A program made the position numbers and the translations under genes. Below are positions 37,061 through 48,952 of a stretch of DNA of 64,000 nt, piece after piece; the first letter of the stretch is position 1; the number at the start of each line of letters is the position of its first letter. The DNA is taken from NCBI RefSeq assembly GCF_018977255.1, contig NW_024704742.1:94738001-94802000 (forward strand), written 5' to 3'. Source of the DNA: Callorhinchus milii. Its lineage: Eukaryota. The notes below the pieces were generated by a model. That model was not told where the DNA came from. It was given only the letters and a program-made list of their open reading frames with translations, and did not search any database.

Positions 37061-39766
37061 ACTTTACATGTATTTTATAGTAAATTTACAGCTCTCTCCT
37101 ACTTATTTTATCTGCTCATTGCGCAAGTCTCTTTCACTTCTTTCTGGAATGTCAGATGACTCAGACTCATAGCTCATTCACAAAGCTTTTTCTGCTCTGC
37201 AAAAAAACACTTCTTTCTGCAATTTGGTCACATATCATCTGTAAATGGTGTCATTGCTTTTTTTTGGAACACAAAATCCAATAACTACCATTTTTAGAAA
37301 ACGTAATTTTAGGAAGTCAGCAAATACTTTGTGGATTAGTTACTCCAGGGCATGCGTTTAACGAATAGACATATTAGCATCAAAGCGCCATTGTAATAAA
37401 GAATAATTTGCTTGTAGCTATGTACTGTCTTGAACTTTGGTCCAAAGTAGTTTTCCACTGTATTATTTTGGGATGACAATACAATTAGTATATGTAAATA
37501 GAGGATATTTCTTACATAAGGGACATTACTTCAGTTGATCGCCAGTGTATGTAGACCATTACTGATAGATTTTCTGCAATGCAGAAAGGCTTTGAGAAGT
37601 CTTAACGTGATAAGGAACAATATCAAATGCAAGAATTATTATTATTATTATCATCAGTACTGTGCTACAATAATTGCCTCTTCAGGGTAGAAACTGCAAA
37701 CTACAGTGGGCATTCATTGGGTGTGAGGCACAGATGAAGCTCTGTAATTTTCTAATTCATCATGAGGTGACATTGTTAAATAAAAAGGATAGGCATTAAC
37801 AATCACACTCCTTGCAGGACAAATATTTATGGACTATCAGAAAAAAAGAGAACCACAATCTATTAACCTGAAGCAGACACTGATGGGCTTATCTGTAGAA
37901 CGCTGTTCTCAGGAAAGCATTTTCAAGAAAGAACCGAGTCCTTGTAGGTGACTTATGGATTTCTGAATTATTAACACATATTTAACCATTAAAGAAAAGG
38001 GTATTGATAGAATACCAATACTATTAATTATTTAGTTGTGTAAAAGGAAGAGTAAAGTTAGCCATCTCCTGCTCTTCTATAAGAGCTGAGCATGGAAACA
38101 GGACAAAGAAAAGAGCACATGTTAATAAGCTTGTTAATAGCTTCCATGGGACATGACCTTAGGGTGAATGGAAGAACTTCCAGATTTCCCAGGTGTCTCA
38201 GCTTGAGCTTTACCATTTGATTTGCAAATGTGGTTTGTTGAGGGAATTTCTTTGTATTTCTTTGTGTTTCTATTTACAGTTCTGAAATAAAACGCGGCAA
38301 GTCTTAAAGCTTTGGGGAAACTCCTTATGGTCTGATCCCTTTCACGACTGTCTTTGTGAAGTCACTTCTCTCTCACCTGCACAAACCAATATTGAGACTC
38401 AAAGAAAATGTTTTGTTGGGAAACATAAAGCTGCAATAATGATCATCCCCTGCAGCGTCTGAATGCCTGAATCTGGATACCTCTTGATGTCCTGCTCGAT
38501 CTACCTGCTCCAAATGATTTTCCATCATGCCTCCCCTGATTCCCAGAATGTAGAAAAACTGTATGCAGTTGCACATTACTGTCAGCATTGAATAAGCAGC
38601 CCAGAAATAAATATGTAAAAATCCATACATAATCATACTTGCTATCAAGTGGAATTTACCTTATCTAACTTGTGCTAAGTGGACTAGCCTGCACTGATCG
38701 ACCTGACAAGCTCATGTATTTTTAAAGCCTACTTACAATGAAGACATTCCTTTAGACCAAATACCATGCAAGGAAAGCATCTGCTGAGGATAAACTAATG
38801 GCTGTGCAAAATAACAGCTGTCCAGATTTTCTTTTACCAATAAACAAACTTACCTCTATGTAGCACTGGCAGAGGGAAACAACATTGGAAATAAAAATGA
38901 GAGCATTGGAATTCCTCCGCCTGCTAAATGTGGCATCCTTGACAGATATGTGATTATAATGCTAAATTATCACTGGAGTAAAGCTTGTCTTTGTGTTAAA
39001 TAACACAAGAAATACATTACCAAATGCTACAAACTGCCTCATTGTAACAAAATTAGCACCACAAAACATTTTCAATTCATCTCTGTGGGCTATAAAGCTA
39101 CACACACCTCCCTTAAATTAATTTTTTTTCCAGTTGAATATTACTGAAATGTTATAAAGAGTCAACTTCTTATAGGCGAACATAATTTACTAGGGACACT
39201 TTCACCTATGGCTTGGCTAATGAACTACACTTATATTAATATCAATAGCCCTAGCTCTAGCACTCTTCTTTGCCATTCTTTCTAATTCATAAATTTCTGA
39301 ATGTAACTTGTCAAGGTTCTCAATGGAAGAATTGTCTATGTGGACAATTGTCTAAGCAATCAATTTTTGAAGAATTGGTGTTCTAGCACCAACACAGACG
39401 CACAAGCCCTCAGACTTCTGCAAATTCCAATTTCTATATCTCTTCTGCTTGGTGGGTCCTTTGGTACTAACTCTCCATTAGTACAAGATCACCTACAGAG
39501 CAGGAAGTTTATAGAAATTCCAGCAGTTTGAAAATAAATCAGGGAGACGACTGAGAGGTTACGTGCATCTGTGACACAAGACACATTCAGCCTGGTTGCT
39601 AGGTATGGTAGTGAGTACAGATGGGTTGAAATTCACACATTTATCGGTCAAAAACAATCATTTATAATCCTGAGATGGCTAGGCTTGAAGCCTTGAGGCA
39701 AAGTGTTAAAAGTGATCTTTTTGGCCGAGGAGAGTACAGGTTTCAGCTCTCCTCAAAACATCAACG

Positions 39767-39846
39767 AACAAAAACAGAGATTGCTGGGAACACTCTGCAG
39801 GAGTGTTCCCTGCTGCTCAGTGTTCCCAGCAATCTCTGTTTTTGTT
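39767..39846. repeat. Perfect 28-bp inverted repeat with 24-nt spacer
   Basis: AACAAAAACAGAGATTGCTGGGAACACT / AGTGTTCCCAGCAATCTCTGTTTTTGTT. Confidence 0.95.
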
Positions 39847-40294
39847 TCAAAGATAACTTACAGCCTGATTTGGGCCTAACAGTTACAAAATAAAAAAAAA
39901 CCTGCCTTGAATCAGGCTCAGGTCTCATTTTAAAAAGCAGCTTGATGCTGTGATGGGAGGATGATAGGGTGGGTGTTCTGGAGGGATGAGATCAGATGGG
40001 CTGAAGGGACTGTGTCATTCAAACCAATTTTGTGATCTTGTGAACCCAACAAAATGGAGGCACTGGGACTCAAGAGGAACAAATCACTTCCCCGCAAAGG
40101 TGTGTCATCACTGGCTGATAATCATCAAGCATTCCTAAGTAATCATACAATTACCACAATTGTTCCTCTGATATGTGGTGAACCACTTGTTGATCCCATT
40201 GCAGTTTTAGACTTTGTAGAGTGAACCCACTCGATACAAGAGACTTTTTCTTTAACCTACAGATGCAGATTATATTCCAGAGAAATAATATAAT

Positions 40295-40700
40295 AAATAA
40301 TAATCCTTGCTTTTGATATAGCTTGATATAGCAAAAATGCTTCACAGGATATTCTGTGAAGTGTAGTTTGTGAGTGATCACTGCAGCCAATTTGCACATA
40401 GCAATGTCCCATGAGTAAATGACCAAATTTATTCAGGGGATTGTTAGGCAGGACACTGGGAGAAACTCCCTTCTCTTTTCGAACAGTGTCATGAGATCTT
40501 TAATGTCCAGCTGAACAGATAGCTGGAGACCTTGGTTTAATGTCTCATTCAAAGGACGGCACCTTCAACAATGCAGCACGCCCCCAGTATTGTTTTGGAG
40601 TGTCAGCACAGACTATATGGATTCCGTGTCGTGAGTGGGGCTTGAAGCCACAATCTTCTGACTCAGAGGTGAGAGTGCTATCAACTCAGCTAGACTGACA
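40295..40700 (-). mobile_element. Near full-length Deu-domain SINE
   Basis: Tail, Deu domain and tRNA-like head all present in reverse complement. Confidence 0.85.
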
Positions 40701-41469
40701 CAATAAAATCAATGCTTGCCATGAGGGGATGCCCCCAATACCAATGGCCTGGTTTGGGTTCCACAGAAGCAGTTTATCTCTGATAGTTGTGATCCCTTAA
40801 CAGCCATTTTGAATCACTTCAATTCTGGATACTCAACTTCTCGTACATGCTGCTGATCATTCTACTTTCCCCTCAAAACCCACAAATAACTTTCAGTGGG
40901 ATGAATCACCCTATCTTCCCCAACCAAAATGTTTTCAGTATTAGGGTTAGTGAATGGGCAGACCGGTTACATGTTTACCATCTGCCCATTGTAAAAGAAA
41001 GATTCCAGGATGTGAGATTAGAAAACAGCACTGAAATAATATTCTCCCCAAATGTTTTCTTAATCAAAAGAGTGGCTGCAATGTTATTGCTTGGGGAAGT
41101 TTCTCTGTGGAACAACTGCAGATTCGATTGTTACTGTTCGAATATTTGAACAAATGTTCCCGGAGGGTCTATTTCACACTGATATGTTTTTATTATTGCT
41201 CTCATATCATTGAGAAGCACGATCATTGTTTATGGCTCATTTCACAAGTATAACAAAGCTCAGTCTTTCCAGTTTATTTAGGAAAGACAACCAGTCCTTC
41301 AGGGGTGGATTTCCTGAACCACTTTATGAAACATCAGTACGGTTTCCATTACTGCTTCCCGCAAAATAATAGAGCTCTCACATTTTCCCTTGCTCTCTTT
41401 GCTTCCATCTTTTCTGACCAAGGGGGTCTCAAAATCGGCAGCATTGAAAGTAGTCAAACTTGTGGTGAC

Positions 41470-42716
41470 ACTTCCGCAGGTCAGAATGCAGTTGTCCCTC
41501 TGCCTCCTTGTCCTCCTGGAACTCTCTGCCGCATTCAACACAGTCGATCACGCCATCCTCCTCCACTGCATTTCCTCCGTCATCCACCTCAGTAGGACCG
41601 TACTCGCCTGGTTCGAGTCCTACCTCACAAACTGATAGCAGTACATCTGCACAAACGGCTTCTCCTCCTGCTCTTACCTGGTTATCTGCGGGGTACCCCA
41701 AGGATCCATCCTTGGCCCCCTCCTCTTTCTGATCTATATGCTCTCTCTTGGGAATGTCATCCGCAGACATGGGGTACATTTCCACATGTATGCGGGCGAC
41801 ACCGAACTCTATTTTTCCACCTCTCTTTGCGACCCCCAGTCCCCTGATGTTCTGTCAGCCTGCCTGTCGGACCTCAGGGGCTGGATGAGCATGAATTTCC
41901 TTCAGCTGAACGATGACAAGACGGAAGCCATAAATCTCATGGTTCTTACCTCTTCCACCTACCCAACCTCTCCCTAAAACTCTCCAAACCCGTACACAAC
42001 CTAGGCGTCAAGTTCGACCCCCAATTATCCTTCTGCCCCCACATCCGGTCCCTCAACAGCACTGCTTTCTTCCACCTTCGACGCATCGCCCGTCTCTGCC
42101 AATACCTCACTCCAAAAGCCGCTGAAACCCTTGTCCATGCCTTTGTCACCTCTCAGCTGGGCTATTCCAATGCCCTCCTCGCCGATCTCCCCTCCACTAC
42201 CTTCCATAAAATCCAGATTATTCAAAACTCTCCTCACCCGCATTCTCACCCGCACCAAACTCCTCTCCCAGATTACCCCAGTCCTTGCCAGACTGCACTG
42301 GCTCCCTGTCCCAGAGAGGATCGATTTCAAGATCCTCACCCTTGTCTTCAAATCCCTCCACTCCTCTGCACCCCCTATCTCTCTGATCTCCTCTCTCCTC
42401 AAAACAGTACCTGTTGCCTTCGTTCCTCCGGGTCTGGCTTCCTCCTTGTCCCCCAATTCCTCCTCTCCACCCTCAGCGGCCATGCCTTCAGCCACTATGC
42501 CCAGAGGCTCTGGAACTCCCTTCCTCACTCCCTTCACCTCGCCCCTTCTCTTCCTACTTTCAGGTCTATGCTGAAGACCTTTCTTTTCGATCGCGCCCTT
42601 GGTCACCTTCTTCCCCCTCCCCCTGGCTTGGCCCCAGGATCCGTAACTGTGAAGTGCTCTGAGACACCGTCCGGCGTGGAGGGCGCTATATAAATCCAAG
42701 TTGTTGTTGTTGTTGC
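41470..42716 (+). mobile_element. 5'-truncated L2 LINE (decayed RT and 3' end)
   Basis: [56 protein letters not shown]; (GTT)n tail. Confidence 0.95.
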
Positions 42717-44528
42717 TGTGACAATGCTCAAGTCCAAAAGTGACCAGCCTGAATTTCCTGGAGATATCGCTACGTCTAACCTCTCAAAGATAAAGACCGT
42801 TACTAGTAGCTGTCACCCCTTTCATCACCATCATTGTCACCAGCAACTTCTTAGGATATTTTTTTTTACTCAGTTGTGCCAAATAAGTGGGTTTCAAGAG
42901 ATTTTTGAAGGACAGAGACTAGAAGGGGTATGGGGATGGTAGGGCAGGGCAATGGGATTGGAAGTACATCTTGCTCTGTGAGCCATGCAAACTCAAATGG
43001 CCTCCTCCTGCACTGTAGATTTCTATTCTATGATTCTATACTTTTAGTAAGCAATGGAATGCTACTTGGAGGACAGAGTGTAAAATTCGTCCTCACAAGG
43101 CCAACTCCAACTGGTGCTGAATAAAGAGGGAGAAAGGCAGGAATGGGAGGGAGACAAACTTCTACCTTATTTATAATTTCAGAAACTGATTTTGACCTCC
43201 ACACAGAGCTGATAAGTTGGTTGGAACTTTTCTCTGCTCGCATAGCTTTATTCCCTGCCACCTCGAGGGTTGTGCGTATATTATAGGATGAAATAAACAA
43301 AGTATACATAGTGCCTCTCGTACTGTCTAGCAAAACAAATCCAATTAAACCCTTCAGATTGTGAAGGGTCCCAAAAGTTATTTACAAGTAGAGATTAACC
43401 CCAGGGTCTCAGGAATTCTAAACCATTATCCCAGTTGGCCATCATGCACCATAACCCCCTTCCCCACATTAAAATAAATTCAATCGCATTATATAAAAAA
43501 AATGAGAGAATAATACATTTACTGGTTGAATAACTGATTTTTCTACAGATTTTGGATTAAAATCTGTACTAAATCAGTTAGAACTGAGGTAAGGATGTAT
43601 TTTCTCACACAGGATGCTTAGAAGAGAGATATATAGCTGTAGAGGTATCAATGGATATGGCAAAAGGCAAGACACAGGTTCAATAGGCTAAATAAATGGA
43701 CTCCTCTTGTTCCTGTTTTCCTATGTAAAATACATTTTTACATAAATTTTACATGGATTTACATAGACTACACAGTATAGAAACAGACCAGTCGGCCCAA
43801 CTAGATTAAGTTGCAATATTTTTGCACCAAAAGTAAAAATCAGCAGCATTTCCACAGTGCAGTGGTATGTTTTGATGTACATTACCTCAATTGCTTCACA
43901 CGTTTAGTAAATGAAGAAAAGCTTGCTGATCATTTTTTTATGATGATGATGCCCTTTTACTTCAAACCTTTTAACCTGATTTTTACACTGATTGCAGAAA
44001 AATCAATGCAAGTCTTTTTTTCCTATGATTTTTATTAAAAAAATCTACCACATCACATCGTACTTACAAGCCTCAATTGAATATTTTTACAACTCGAATA
44101 TCTGTGTACAGCCGTGCTTTATGACCAGTAGTTTACTGGCACCATCCATCACGGCCGGATCTATAATAGACCCTCCTGTGGAGCCAAGCGAAAAAGACAT
44201 CTTGTAGAGTGGCTGCTTAATATAGTGTCTCTATTCAAGTGGGAGCTATAAGTGCTGAGTGCTGTATCAGAGGTTTACTGTAGGTGTATTCAGTGTTTTA
44301 ATGAGAACGTAGGTGTTATACAATACAATTTAAATTTAGGTCGGGAGGATGTCTCAAACTGGGATGGGCATCCGAGCTGGGCCAAGAGGGGTTTGGAGGG
44401 GAAAGATAACCAAAAGATCAGTCAAAGAGGTTTGTTTTGAGATGTACCTTGAAAAAGATGAGGGAGTGACCCAAATGGCTCAAAGCTTGCCTGCCGATAC
44501 TAGGGCGAATAGGGCAGGGGACAGTGGT

Positions 44529-44899
44529 GGAATCCTGTAGCTTAGTGGTTAGAGCACTCACCTCGCAAGCAAGGGGACCTACGTTCGAATCCCAGGCAGG
44601 GCGAAATGTTGGGCAAGTTTCCTTACTCCACACGCCTCTGTGTGCCTAGAAGTAAGTCGGAAGTTGTTAGTCGATTGGTGGATCGCTTTTACGGGGGTAA
44701 TAATCCCTTCAAAATTAAAACAAAAAATGCTTTCATCACCCAATCCACGACCGTTTGTGGGACACTGCTGTGCACAATTGGCTGCTGCATTTCACCCACA
44801 AATTATATAGTCAATTCACTTTACAGTATATTATGTGAAGCGCTTTGAAATGTCTTGAAGACGTGATAAGGCGCTACATCAAATGTAAAGATTATTATT
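44529..44899 (+). mobile_element. tRNA-headed SINE (long subfamily), preceded by an antisense L2 end (~44320-44520)
   Basis: Head GGAATCCTGTAGCTTAGTGG, long-subfamily segment, shared tail. Confidence 0.92.
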
Positions 44900-46749
44900 T
44901 TAAACCCAAATAAAAATAAAACATAAATAGAACAGGGTTTTGAGTGTTAGGGCACAGGACTATCTGCGAGTGATGTAACTCAGCCACACCACCAGGAATT
45001 GTTGTTTACATTATTCCAATGTCATGTTAGGGTCATTAAAACAAAATCCACCTGATCAAACACAAGATAAGTTAAAATTTTCCTGCAGTTCATAAAATAA
45101 TAATAATTATTTTTTAATTTGGTTCAGCACCTTTCACGTGGGCAAACATCTCAAAGCACTCCCCAGGATATGCCGTAAAGTGCAGTGACTTCGTATTTTG
45201 TGGGTGAACACAGCAGGCAATTTGCTCACAGCAATGTCCCACAAACAGATGTGAAGTGAATTAACAGTTTTATTTGGGGGATTGTTGGGCCAGAATATGT
45301 ATATGGAAATAAACAGTCAGAAAAGGGCACTGTGAAGCATAATAAATGTCTTGGGCACTTCCTAGCATCTAGTTGGAGTCTTATAAGCAAAGATCTGAAC
45401 AGAGGATAGACTGGCTGTTCATCTTCTTTGTCCCAGAATGACACCAACAGTGGAGCTTAAAGAAAATAAAGACAAAGATTTTTTTAAATGGAGAAAAAAT
45501 ATTATTGTTTTCATTTATTTAGCTTACAAAATAAACAGTCAGGACACATTACATTATATCCGTTGAAGCACTTTGAGATGTGCCCCTGATATGAATGGCA
45601 TGATATCAAACACAATGATTCTATATTATAATTATTTAAAATATTGTACTTGCTTCTGGTAATTCTCATTTTGTGCACTATTCAAAACAAGTAACAAAAG
45701 GATAGGATGTGAGTAAATGCAGCTATAATTTGGCTAATCAGATCTTTCCTTTGCTGCTTTCCTGAAAAAGCATACAAAAAATCCTAAGCACAACCAATTA
45801 AATTTTTTCCAGATATACATCTGAAAATAATCTTTCAATCCTGAGGTTTTGTCATAAACTTGTTATATCACTCTTTTGTCAAAGCCAGTTTATAGGTTCC
45901 TTGGATAAAATACGAACTGTACACAGAATATTGTAAGAATAAGAAACTCAAAAACCTTGTAAGAGTGGTTTCAAGTGCTAATTCAATCTTTGTACCAAAT
46001 ACCATCTTTGTGCCTTTGTTTCCAGATGTTGTTTGGCAGCAGGTAATTACGTAGAGTAAGAGATAATTAGAAAGGAAAAAGTGAGGAACAAGCCAGTGAA
46101 AATCAACTGAATAGTCATAACTCATAAGCCACATGTTGATTTAAAAACTTGTCTGAACTGCAAATTATCATGCTGGATTCTCACTCCTTCACTTTATGAC
46201 CTTTTCACGTCTCTCTTATTTAATATTGGGGCATCTTTTTTAATTTAAAAGACTTTGAATAACTGGTTAGGACCAGGCAAGAATGAGATTACTGCTCTAT
46301 ATGTAGCAGGACAAAGCCACAGGAAATCTCAAATGGATTGACTGCCTCTTGTGATGTACTTACAGGAGCAAAATCAGTTTACGTGCTTCAACAGAGGTTA
46401 GTGAAGCGAATCTACAAAGCTTCCTGAGATGGTTTGCCCATTTTCCAGAGTGCTTCCAGGATTTAGGAAGTGCAAGACTGCAAGGATCAGTAAAGAGGTC
46501 ATCCAAAGGGAGCATTTTCATATATTCAAGCCAGTTGAGAGATGCAATTGTGGTTTTTGAGAGTCTCGGTGAATAGCAATCTTCCTGACTGTGAATTATG
46601 CTTTGTTGGATGATTTCAAAGTGAATTTCTGATCCTACTAATAGCAGGACAATGCCAGCATTTATCTTATTGAATTGTGGGTTCCAGCAGGATTTTCTCC
46701 TGCAGGAAGATTGATGTCAATGGCAAATTTGGAAGATGGGGAAACCATA

Positions 46750-47005
46750 TAATAATAATCCCTGCATTTGATATAGCGTCTTATCACGTTGAAAGGTCTC
46801 AAAACACTTCACAGAATTCTCTGTAAACTTTAGTGACTTTGCATTTGTAGCCAAATACAACAGCCAATTTGCATACTGCAAAGTCACTCAAATGGTCAGG
46901 AGGTGAATGAGGAATTGAACTGGAGGATTGTTGGCCAGGACACTAGGAGAAATTCCCTTCAATGTTCGCATAGTGCCATGAGATCTTTGACAACCACCTG
47001 AGTTT
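46750..47005 (-). mobile_element. Deu-domain SINE 3' part
   Basis: GTTGGCCAGGACACTAGGAGAA...ATAGTGCCATGAGATCTTT. Confidence 0.75.
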
Positions 47006-48682
47006 AATGACCGCAGTTTACTTGTGTAAACACATGCACAAAGCAAATTGGGAATTACAGATTCTTTAATTATCATTTAACCAATGAAAACGATTTCACA
47101 AACACCTGGAATCTTTTTTATTGGTGATATGTGTAAGGGCACCTGTAACTCCCACTGTGTTGTATGGTTAACCCAACCCCCAAATGACATCCCAGCATTG
47201 CCTAGGCCACATTCAAGTTTGTTTCTGGAACTTACATAAAATATATAAAAGGAAACAAAGTAACTACAACTGAGAGAGGCATCTGATAGTCGAACAACTT
47301 TACTGCTATCCTGTTCTCCATTCTTTGTCCTTTTCCCCCTTTGGTCCCATTTCCATTGGGGTTCCAGATGAACATTCACACACTTGAATAGTCGGTAATA
47401 TCATCCCATAGCACACATGATGACATGACTTCAATCACATATTGTGGCAGATCTATTAATTACATTCATCTAGATCTTTTATTCAATGATTAAAATGAAT
47501 CAATGTAAGATAATTAACAAACAAGCAAATTGGAAGATTAGGAGTTTTTTTTCCAAAAAGATTTAGATGGATATCTAAAAAGGAGTCAGCTGCACAGGGG
47601 TTTGGGGAAAGGGCGGGTGAATGGGACTGAAAGGATTGCTCTTAAAGGAGTCAGCACAGACATGTGGACTGAATGGCTCACTTCAGTGGTGTAAATTGCT
47701 ATGGTTCTATTCCACTACCTTTTCTGTGTATCCTCGAATACCTTTACTTCCCGAGAAGCTACCCTTTTCCCTTTGAAACATCCCATTTGCTTCTGTAGCT
47801 ATAGCCTTCTGGGCAGCGCATGCCAATACACTCAGTGCTATCTGTGTGAAAAAATGCTATCTGATTTCCAGATAATAAAAGATTATGCCAGATAATAAAA
47901 GATTATGGGCTAACATTTGCAGTGTTGCATATAACGCATTCCTTGAGATATTTATCACAAAGAACACATTGTGAAATATCGCAAATTTAACCCTATCTTA
48001 AAAGCTTCAGGGATGTTGTGGGACTTTGAGGAGCCTGAGGAAAATGCTCAACACTTTACCTCAGTTTCAAGTGACTTCCCTGAGATGTTATGGCATTATC
48101 CAATCCAAATTATAGATGAATAAATGAAATATTTGATGTGATGTCGCATTTCCCTCTCCCCACGCACCAATGTCTCCACCTCTGAAGAACACCAATCCAT
48201 TACACTTTTGTGAATGCCATAGGAACACTACTGTCGATGATGCCCTGTTTGCTTATTATATACAAGATCATTAAACTGACAGGAAATCCTGTGAAGCACT
48301 CACTAAGTTTGTGGTTGAGTTGATTACTTTCAAGTTGTTGAGGAGGCTGTTGAGTGGAATAATCAGCTCATTCAGTTAAAAGATATTATACATAGCCTCA
48401 ATCAAAGAGCAAAGGCCTCAGAGTTGTGACGTAAAGAATAAAGAATAGTTTTTTTTAACACTTCTAATACATTTCAGCTCACATAACTCTTCATCTGTTG
48501 TTGATTAGCTGCAAGAGCAGCACACTGTGTAACTATGTAAGGATTATTATAGCAACTAGATACACAGAGGATAAGATCAGCAACAACAAGACACATACTT
48601 GTAGTTATATAGCGCCGTTCACACAAGAGAGCTGCACAAAGGTTGATGGTTGGACAGGGCAAGTCACTATTTCGAGGAATTT

Positions 48683-48952
48683 ACACGTCTTCTAGATGTC
48701 TCAAAGCGCTTCACAGAATATACTGTAAAGTGAATTGACTGTATATTTGTGGGCGAACGCGGCAGCCAATTGCGCACAGCAGTGTCCCACAAACAGTAAT
48801 GGATTGAAAATGACCGATTTATTATTGTTTTGGAGGGATTATTATCAGGCGTGTGGAGTAAGGAAACTTGCCCAAGGTTTCGCCCTGCCTGGAATTGAAC
48901 TCAGATCTCTCGCTTGCAAAGCGAGTGCTCTAACCATTGAGCTACAGGACTC
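48683..48952 (-). mobile_element. Young tRNA-headed SINE (short subfamily)
   Basis: Near-identical to the other young copies. Confidence 0.94.
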
